Positions 17,029-22,743 of a stretch of DNA of 64,000 nt are shown here, in pieces. The notes beneath the pieces were generated by a model. It was not told the origin of the DNA. It did no database searches and saw nothing but the letters and a program-made list of their open reading frames with translations. The position numbers and the translations under genes were made by a program. Source of the stretch: a virus; the IMG/VR virus record IMGVR_UViG_3300044769_000143; one strand, 5' to 3'. How positions within the stretch are numbered: the stretch's first letter is position 1; each line of letters starts with the position of its first letter.

Positions 17029-17091
17029 ATGCGTCTCCTCATGAATTTCATTCTGTGCGTGGATTTCGGACCAGCTGCGCCGGTCCGAGCC

Positions 17092-17120
17092 TTGACACGG
17101 AGCCGTTTGTGTGGTATACT
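17092..17120 (+). promoter_or_regulatory. Class I near-consensus promoter on the plus strand, antisense to the HNH-like gene
   Basis: TTGACA (17092-17097), 17-bp spacer, TGg TATACT (17115-17120). Abuts the stop codon at 17121. Confidence 0.5.
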
Positions 17121-17888
17121 CTAGTGTGGCTTCTTCCAACCGGCGTAGGGATCAGTGATGAGATCATCCTCTTCGTCCGGTTCGAGGGATGGCTCAGGTG
17201 TCTGTTCAGGTTTTGATTCCAGTTTGTTCAAGACATTCATCAAGAAATTCTCTGAAACTGGTTCTTTCTCGATCCCTTCGTCATCATTGTATCGTTTGAA
17301 CGGTTGACCTTTCACATATTCGGTTCGCTTGTTGATCCCGAATTCACAGTTCGCGCCGTTCGTTCTAAAAAGTGTCTCGAATCTTTGCATCGGCATCGAG
17401 TGGAATGGGCTCACACAGAGTTCGTGTCCACAAACTGGGATTTTGGGGATCCGCTCTGATCCCAGAAGCTCTTTGCTAAAGAAATAATCAACGAGGAGAC
17501 GTCGCACCATCTTGCGTCCCACGTTCTCCGGGTCATCGTTTTTGGTGACATCGATCGTGCAATAGCCTTGCGTGATCATGCCTGTCCAGATCCAGCACCC
17601 TGGGCGACGCGTGAAGTCGATCTTCTTCAGCAACTTTGGGGTTTCGAGGAGAAGATCTAACATGGTTGGATGCAGGAGGCCGTCTTCGAGGAGGTAGTTG
17701 TACTCCTTGGCGGTTCCTTCGGGAACTGTGGAGCGAGAATCTGTGAGATGGGTACGGAGCGCTCGGCTCAATGCTAGGAGCTCGTTTATCGGTTCGTCGA
17801 ACGAGGCACGTAACGCGCGCAGCGTGTCGATCTTTCCCTCCATGTTCTTCAAATGATCCTGAATGATCGTTTCTACCTTCTCATCCAT
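17121..17888 (-). CDS. Divergent HNH-family-A-like protein (degenerate endonuclease)
   Basis: Start at MDEKVE (ATG 17886-17888, AGGAGGG SD). Retains CWIWTG...GYC and VCGHELCVSPFH, aligned to VCHHCD..CVNP.H of family A, but lacks the first catalytic His. Confidence 0.55.
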   Translation of the reverse strand: MDEKVETIIQDHLKNMEGKIDTLRALRASFDEPINELLALSRALRTHLTDSRSTVPEGTAKEYNYLLEDGLLHPTMLDLLLETPKLLKKIDFTRRPGCWIWTGMITQGYCTIDVTKNDDPENVGRKMVRRLLVDYFFSKELLGSERIPKIPVCGHELCVSPFHSMPMQRFETLFRTNGANCEFGINKRTEYVKGQPFKRYNDDEGIEKEPVSENFLMNVLNKLESKPEQTPEPSLEPDEEDDLITDPYAGWKKPH

Positions 17889-17933
17889 GTAACGTTCCCT
17901 CCTGTTTGTGTTGTTACGTACGTTTATTACCGC

Positions 17934-17960
17934 ATTATACCACATTTCCGCACGTGTCAA
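17934..17960 (-). promoter_or_regulatory. Class I promoter for the HNH-like/GH unit
   Basis: Minus strand TTGACA (17955-17960), 15-bp spacer, TGg TATAAT (17934-17939). The spacer is short but there is an extended -10. Confidence 0.5.
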
Positions 17961-17964
17961 CGCT

Positions 17965-18164
17965 GTAACGTAACGTGTGTCCGTAACCGCGTTACCTGCA
18001 CACTTCTACCAAGTTATACTACGCTACCTAGTAATTTCCGTATACTCAATACGTGCGTCTGTTTTGCTGTGAAAGTGTTGAAACACCTGTTACTGCGTTA
18101 CAGGCGTTACGTCGTTGCAAACAAAGCACTTACACTGTTACATTAACTGTTACAATCTGTTACA
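17965..18164. repeat. GTTAC/GTAAC pentamer cluster including three direct TGTTACA repeats
   Basis: GTAAC at 17965, 17970, 17983. GTTAC at 17991, 18089, 18097, 18106. TGTTACA at 18136, 18148, 18158 (12- and 10-bp spacing). Non-coding. Confidence 0.7.
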
Positions 18165-18203
18165 TAGAGAGTATCCCTCCTGGTAAAAGCTCTCGATCTG
18201 CGT

Positions 18204-18300
18204 TCCAATCACGATCTTTGTCCTCGGCAACGCCCTCTCGACCTCGCGGCGCGCTCCACGAACCTCCCTAACGAGGTTCACGACGGGTCCAATCACGATC
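18204..18300. repeat. Two copies of the TCCAATCACGATC(n)TCCTCGGCA repeat
   Basis: 18204-18216 and 18288-18300, each followed by yyyyTCCTCGGCAwyG. Related copies occur at 19566-19892. Confidence 0.7.
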
Positions 18301-18402
18301 CCCCTCCTCGGCATTGTCCTCGGGACTCAGCCCGCGTTGCGGGCAGCGTTCCCCGCGACGCGATCCGCGTTGCGCTCGTAGTGAGCTCGCGGTCGCGGAT
18401 GT

Positions 18403-18428
18403 AGAAAAGCCCGCCATCGCTGGCGGGC
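18403..18428 (-). terminator. Rho-independent terminator after the lipoprotein gene
   Basis: GCCCGCCA (18409-18416) / TGGCGGGC (18421-18428). On the minus strand it is followed by TTTTCTAC. Lies 8 nt past the stop at 18437. Confidence 0.65.
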
Positions 18429-18436
18429 CTCGTGAA

Positions 18437-18754
18437 TCACGGGATCGGGTCGATCGGGCACTTATCAGGATCCTCGACCGTGTAGTAGTCGGTCTCCCAC
18501 CAGCACTCGGTGCCGGCCGCATCGCAGTACTCCCTCTGCATCGTTCGGCACATGCTGATCCCCGGAGCGAATGGGTTGTGATCGAGGCTCAATCCGTTGA
18601 GCTCATCGATATCAAAGTCGCTCGGGTTCACCCTCGATGTCATGATCGCCGCAGGCACCGATTGGCTCGGCTTGTTCAGTGTTGGGGCGGTCGGGTGCTG
18701 CTCTGTGCATCCGGTCGCCAGAGCCAACGTCAGGTAGATCAAGATCTTCTTCAT
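18437..18754 (-). CDS. Small Cys-rich lipoprotein
   Basis: Start at MKKILIYLTLALATGC (lipobox LATG|C). The mature part has 4 further Cys. The track ORF starts 20 codons upstream. Confidence 0.65.
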   Translation of the reverse strand: MKKILIYLTLALATGCTEQHPTAPTLNKPSQSVPAAIMTSRVNPSDFDIDELNGLSLDHNPFAPGISMCRTMQREYCDAAGTECWWETDYYTVEDPDKCPIDPIP

Positions 18755-19011
18755 CGCAGTCCCTTCATCGCGTCGCGCAGTTCGTCGGGGGAAACTCGGG
18801 CGAAGTCCATCCACGTTTCCCTTCTCCAGATCTGTACCACCAGCTGCACTCCTGTCTGCATCGAGTAGAAACTGCTCGGTGGCTTCGCGACCCGGAATCT
18901 TTCGTTGGGGTATCGGTACAGAGAAAACTCGTCGGGGAACGACTCAATGGCTGTCCTCACCTCGAGGATCTCTCGGTGTTGCTTGTCCTGCCAGCTTTCG
19001 CTCATAGTCAT
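18751..19011 (-). CDS. Hypothetical protein
   Basis: 86-aa ORF with GGAGATAGATAATG start context. Confidence 0.55.
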   Translation of the reverse strand: MTMSESWQDKQHREILEVRTAIESFPDEFSLYRYPNERFRVAKPPSSFYSMQTGVQLVVQIWRRETWMDFARVSPDELRDAMKGLR

Positions 19012-19250
19012 TATCTATCTCCTTCGTGTCGGCGAGCGATTGTCGCGACTACCAGATACTTCGCGTCGTTCTTCGCTTCTACAACGATCGCTCGCGCAAT
19101 ATTTCCTGTCCGGCGGCAGAAGATCGCAATCCGTCGGTTCAACCCATAGGTCGCGAGGATTGGACTCTGCTTCTCCCACTTCCAAATCTGCAGCTCGTCC
19201 TCCGTGCAGTCTATCTGGTCCATCAGGGACAGTATCTGTCTCGGTGTCAC
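19011..19250 (-). CDS. Hypothetical protein
   Basis: 79-aa ORF with overlapping stop/start. Confidence 0.5.
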   Translation of the reverse strand: MTPRQILSLMDQIDCTEDELQIWKWEKQSPILATYGLNRRIAIFCRRTGNIARAIVVEAKNDAKYLVVATIARRHEGDR

Positions 19251-19435
19251 TGCAGCCTCATCATGGTTACGGTAGCGTCGTATCCTTCTTCACGGAAGCA
19301 GGCCGCTGCCTCCTCCGCCCTCTCCTCTGTCCAGTACGCCTTCCGGAATGCCCCTCTTCCACTCGCGTACCACACGTCCACTCGGAAGACCCGGCTCTTA
19401 TCCACTTTCCGCTCTTCCTGTCTTACCTCTTCCAT
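19247..19435 (-). CDS. Hypothetical protein
   Basis: 62-aa ORF. First gene after the cassette, with AGGAGAAATAGAATG start context. Confidence 0.5.
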   Translation of the reverse strand: MEEVRQEERKVDKSRVFRVDVWYASGRGAFRKAYWTEERAEEAAACFREEGYDATVTMMRLQ

Positions 19436-19478
19436 TCTATTTCTCCTATCTGAGGGGCGCGGCCCCGCGGCCGGCTAA

Positions 19479-19514
19479 ATATAGGATACCACAGGAGGCG
19501 GGCCGAGCGTTAGG
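19479..19514 (-). promoter_or_regulatory. Class II-type promoter cassette (variant)
   Basis: Minus strand GAGCTCCTAACGCTCGGCCCGCCTCCTGTGGTATCCTATAT, then the GGGGCCGCGCCCC hairpin, then the SD/start at 19435. Confidence 0.45.
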
Positions 19515-19565
19515 AGCTCCGCGACTATCCTCCGAGCTGCTCCCGCTCATCCTAACATCCACGGA

Positions 19566-19892
19566 TCCAATCACGATCTTCCTCGCTGGTCCCGTCCTCG
19601 TGAGCTCTACGCGGCCCCGATACGCCGGCGCCTCTTCCTTCGTCCTCCTCCCCCTCCCCCATAGACCCTCGATCCTCTTGGGTTCCAATCACGAATCCGG
19701 GCCGACTGCGGGAAGACTCATGGATGCCGGCTCCAATCACGAAACCCAGCCCGAGCGATGGCTTCAGGGACTCGCGCCGCGCGCATCGCGGCTCCAATCA
19801 CGAATCCGGGCCGAGGCACCACCATTGCTGCTTGAGTTGCGCGCAGCGCGATTCGGCAAGATTCCGCCTGAATCACGAATCCACTCACGAAC
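19566..19892. repeat. Five dispersed TCCAATCACGA(A/T)(A/C) repeats
   Basis: 19566-19578, 19684-19697, 19732-19745, 19793-19806, and degenerate 19869-19892. Copies at 19684 and 19793 share 22 identical nt (TCCAATCACGAATCCGGGCCGA). Confidence 0.7.
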
Positions 19893-20159
19893 GAGGGCCC
19901 TCGGGATGTCCTCCTGGGGAGCTCCCGGGGCGAGGCGGATCGCCTCGCTTTGCGATGCAAAGCGGATGGTTGGAGGCAAGGCGGGAGCAGGGGAGGGGCA
20001 TGTGGGGTGGCGCGGAGGGCACCAGGGATGCGCGGACATGGGGGCCCAAGACTGGGCCTCCGCTGGCGCCGGCGGACCTCGCCGCGGAGCTGCTGGGCGC
20101 CCGATCGCCCGGGACGATCCCCGCGGGATCCGCGTGGATCCGGGCCTATCTTTCGGTAG

Positions 20160-20214
20160 TGTCAACTCCTTGACACCTGTCAAGGTTTTGACACCGGGTG
20201 TCAAACATTTGACA
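20160..20214. promoter_or_regulatory. Array of six alternating TGTCAA/TTGACA half-sites (operator-like palindromes)
   Basis: Half-sites at 20160, 20170, 20178, 20188, 20199 and 20209 (8-11 bp apart). They form CCTTGACAccTGTCAAGG (20168-20185) and TTTGACACcggGTGTCAAA (20187-20205). Confidence 0.55.
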
Positions 20215-20219
20215 CGCAA

Positions 20220-20360
20220 GTGGTCTTACCACTTGCATACGCCGGAACGTTTAGTGGTCTTACCACTATACGCCGCCATGCATACGTGGTTTCAAGTGGT
20301 ATGCATACGGTCTACCGTGGTCAAACCACTGTATGCACGGTTATGCACTGGTATGCATAC
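20220..20360. repeat. GTGGT-N3-ACCAC palindromes interleaved with (T)ATGCA(T/C)AC words
   Basis: GTGGTCTTACCAC at 20220 and 20254; GTGGTCAAACCAC at 20317. At least six ATGCATAC/ATGCAC words in 20235-20360. Confidence 0.65.
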
Positions 20361-20368
20361 GTACCAGC

Positions 20369-20422
20369 CGACCACGGCGAGGCAGTCGACCACGGCGAGG
20401 CAGCCGACCACGGCGAGGCGGG
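20369..20422. repeat. Three tandem 18-bp repeats CGACCACGGCGAGGCAGy
   Basis: 20369-20386, 20387-20404 and 20405-20422 (the last copy is degenerate at its 3' end). Confidence 0.8.
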
Positions 20423-20622
20423 TACGGTCGGCCGAGCGTATACGGCCGGCTTATACGTACAGTGCTTAATCACTTTTGCTTATGGGAAAATCTCCATTTT
20501 ATTGGAGAACGACGAACGCAGGCACTGTAAGGGTAAGACAAGGGTAAACACCCCGCGTCGTTCCTAGAGGCCTTAAAACGCGTTTTAAAGGCATCGACGT
20601 GCATAGTATCGGACGACAGTAC

Positions 20623-20718
20623 GCAGAGACGTATGCACGGCGAGACGGCGAGACATAGAGACGCAGAGGACGCAGAGACATAGAGACGCAGAGACGTATG
20701 CACGGCGAGACGCAGAGA
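20623..20718. repeat. Array of about 12 contiguous nnnGAGAC octamers with a 24-bp direct repeat
   Basis: GCAGAGAC / ATAGAGAC / GGCGAGAC units. GCAGAGACGTATGCACGGCGAGAC occurs at 20623-20646 and again at 20688-20711. Confidence 0.8.
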
Positions 20719-20751
20719 AACGCCTACGCGCCGTAGGCGTAAAATAAAGTG

Positions 20752-20782
20752 TTGACAGCATACGGCCGTTTAGTGGTACCTT
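20752..20782 (+). promoter_or_regulatory. Possible rightward promoter for the 20990 block
   Basis: TTGACA (20752-20757), 19-bp spacer, GTGG TACCTT. The CCGTTTaGTGGTA segment resembles the 17092 promoter. The spacer is long and the -10 is weak. Confidence 0.25.
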
Positions 20783-20989
20783 TGTCTGGTCGACGGCGGT
20801 ACCGGGTCGGCCGGCTCTTTCAAAACTCAATACGGCGCGGCGCTAGGGACTAAACCGGCGCGCGCGCCTTGCGCCTTAGAAGCGGGTCGGCACAGCATGA
20901 CAGTCTAAGGTGTTTACGCAACGGCAGGCTAACGGCCTGCACACGTTAGCCTTGCCTCAATCACTGTGCAGATAGACAGAGGTTAGACA

Positions 20990-21577
20990 ATGGCATTCGT
21001 TGCAACTCTTCTTACGCTGGCTTACATCAAGGCCGGCGTAACGCGCATCCTTGACACTTGCGTCTCGCTCATCGGGGCAGACGGCAAGGGCGAGGCTGCA
21101 AACTATGACCGCGAACCACGTGCGTTCGTGTTGACCACGGTTGAGCCTAACGGCGAGACAACGTGGTCGGGGGACAAGTGTGGCGCGCGTGACACTGTGG
21201 TTCGTGTCTATGCCGCTGCACTGACGGACACCAAGTGGCACGTCTACATTGGTGCCAAGTGGCAAGGCGGACGGGCCGACCGTGCATGTGGCGGCGGACC
21301 TGTCGAGTGCAACTCACGCGAGGCGGCCGAGTTGCTACTTACGACAACGGTGCTAGAGCTTGCTACTGGCAAGTTCACCGGGCCGCTGTCGTCTCGCCTC
21401 CCTCGCGTGTTTCACGGTCGCAAGCTGGTCGAACGTCCAGACCAGCATGCCAAAGGTGGCAAGGCCGGCACTGTTGTTTCCAAGGTGACGGACGAGGCTA
21501 CCGCCGCCATGGTGGCGGCACTCAAAGCGGCTGAGGCGGAGAACGCGCCTAAGCCGGCCGACAAGGCGAAGGCCTAA
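20990..21577 (+). CDS. Hypothetical protein with Ala/Lys-rich C-terminal tail
   Basis: 195-aa ORF with GAGGTTAGACAATG start context. The tail AALKAAEAENAPKPADKAKA resembles histone-like basic tails. Confidence 0.55.
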   Translation: MAFVATLLTLAYIKAGVTRILDTCVSLIGADGKGEAANYDREPRAFVLTTVEPNGETTWSGDKCGARDTVVRVYAAALTDTKWHVYIGAKWQGGRADRACGGGPVECNSREAAELLLTTTVLELATGKFTGPLSSRLPRVFHGRKLVERPDQHAKGGKAGTVVSKVTDEATAAMVAALKAAEAENAPKPADKAKA

Positions 21578-21587
21578 GCAGTAGGCT

Positions 21588-21622
21588 AGGGCAGCCCGTA
21601 GCGACACGCTACGGGCTGCCCT
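21588..21622 (+). terminator. 16-bp perfect hairpin (terminator or RNA-processing structure, no U-tract)
   Basis: AGGGCAGCCCGTAGCG / CGCTACGGGCTGCCCT with a 3-nt loop, 10 nt after the stop at 21577. Confidence 0.35.
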
Positions 21623-21639
21623 ACGCTCTACCTACGCTC

Positions 21640-21885
21640 ATGCAAAGCATCACAGAAGAGCGCGCACGCGCTATTGCACAGGCCAATGTAACAGGCATCC
21701 TGACTTATGGTGCCGACTACGCTGGGACTGTGCGCGACCATTTACTACCTACGCTAGACGACGCGGGAGTCTGGCTACTGTGTGACGCTATACGTAACGT
21801 CACAAGCTACCCTGAGCACGTCCCAACCGTTGACACTATGTCAACGGAAGGCGCGCGAGACTGGGTAGATGGCTGGCTGGCTTAG
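21640..21885 (+). CDS. Hypothetical protein
   Basis: 81-aa ORF. Contains the palindrome GTTGACActaTGTCAAC at 21829-21845. Confidence 0.5.
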   Translation: MQSITEERARAIAQANVTGILTYGADYAGTVRDHLLPTLDDAGVWLLCDAIRNVTSYPEHVPTVDTMSTEGARDWVDGWLA

Positions 21886-21903
21886 ACGCTAGCCTGTAGT
21901 ACC

Positions 21904-21935
21904 AGCCGGGCGCATAGTGCGCCCGGCTTTCGTTG
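21904..21935 (+). terminator. Rho-independent terminator
   Basis: AGCCGGGCGC / GCGCCCGGCT stem, 5-nt loop, followed by TTTCGTT. Confidence 0.6.
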
Positions 21936-21949
21936 GGAGATAAACAGAC

Positions 21950-22306
21950 ATGAACGGACTGCAAGAGGCGGCTGGAATCCTGCTAGTGACGATGGCTGTT
22001 ATGCCGTTGCTGGCGTTGCTGTTGTCCTACATGGACTACCGCAGCACGACAAAGGGCCGACGCGCGCGCGAGGCTCGCATGCACGTCGAAGCACAAGAGG
22101 CACAAGAGGCGGCTACGCTGGCGGCAATGGCCCTGCACACAATGCGGACGGACAACGAATGCCGGCAGTACCTTGATGCGATTCTAAGCGGCAAGGGGCT
22201 TTCGTGGCTGGACGCATCACGCGCGCGACGCGCGCTAGATGTCAGGCTAGACGCACGGCGGGAGATACAGGCAAGGCTAGACGCGCGGCTTAAGTCGCGC
22301 GCGTAA
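21950..22306 (+). CDS. Hypothetical membrane-anchored protein
   Basis: 118 aa. N-terminal hydrophobic helix AAGILLVTMAVMPLLALLLSYM, then an Arg/Ala-rich helical region. GGGAGATAAACAGACATG start context. Confidence 0.55.
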   Translation: MNGLQEAAGILLVTMAVMPLLALLLSYMDYRSTTKGRRAREARMHVEAQEAQEAATLAAMALHTMRTDNECRQYLDAILSGKGLSWLDASRARRALDVRLDARREIQARLDARLKSRA

Positions 22307-22316
22307 GTGGTAAACA

Positions 22317-22427
22317 GTGGTTAGACTGGACATCTTACCACTGCTTACCACTTGTCGGTTGCGTATGCACAGTGGTTAGACCACTAGCCCACTGTCACCG
22401 GCCGGTGACATGTCACCCACGGGTGAC
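22317..22427. repeat. GTGGTTAGAC(CAC) / CTTACCAC words and two 16-bp GTCACC...GGTGAC palindromes
   Basis: GTGGTTAGAC at 22317; GTGGTTAGACCAC at 22372-22384; CTTACCAC twice (22334, 22344). GTCACCGGCCGGTGAC at 22394-22409; GTCACCCACGGGTGAC at 22412-22427. Confidence 0.7.
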
Positions 22428-22517
22428 ACCGCGCGGCCGGCCGGCTCCGGCGGGCCGCGGCCGCCAGCGGCGGCGGGGCGGAGCTGCCCGCGTTAGGCAT
22501 CCCATTTTAAAGAGGAT

Positions 22518-22607
22518 CGTTACACGCGCATCGCTCCAAAATTTCCCTCCGAGTATTACGCGTCCCGTTACACGAATCTCCCACCCTGGGCCGCGATTTC
22601 CGTTACA
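22518..22607. repeat. Three CGTTACA direct repeats upstream of the packaging genes
   Basis: CGTTACA at 22518, 22566 and 22601. The GTTACA core matches the TGTTACA repeats at 18136-18164. Confidence 0.55.
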
Positions 22608-22743
22608 TCTTTGTGAAATAAACCTCCTACGGAGCGTTTTAAGCGCTCCACGCCCCTAGCCCTTACCTACCTATTACCTGGGAGCGAAAGTGCCTTAAAA
22701 CGCTTCCTAAATACACGCACGCGCACGCTACGCGCACGCGCGC

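Noticed and set aside
17029-17139. 37-codon N-terminal extension of the glycosidase ORF.
   Set aside because: It overlaps the HNH-like gene's 3' end and the plus-strand promoter. The ATG at 17028 has a GAGGAG SD.
17889-17960. 24-codon N-terminal extension of the HNH-like ORF, starting with TTG at 17960.
   Set aside because: The TTG is the first codon of the TTGACA -35 hexamer of the promoter, and TATAAT also lies within the extension. The ATG at 17888 has a strong AGGAGGG SD.
19348-20469. 373-aa plus-strand ORF, with overlapping minus-strand ORFs of 80-151 aa, spanning the repeat hub.
   Set aside because: The translation is low-complexity (Pro/Arg/Gly/Ser-rich) and merely reads through the CCAATCACGA, TTGACA and 18-mer repeats (for example the repeated GSNHES and TTARQ peptides). 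There is no SD. It runs antisense over the 19435 gene start and its promoter. Such ORFs are typical of open frames in GC-rich non-coding DNA.
20369-20718. The tandem 18-mers and the GAGAC octamer array as a possible CRISPR array.
   Set aside because: The repeats are contiguous with no unique spacers, the units are far shorter than CRISPR repeats, and there are no cas genes.
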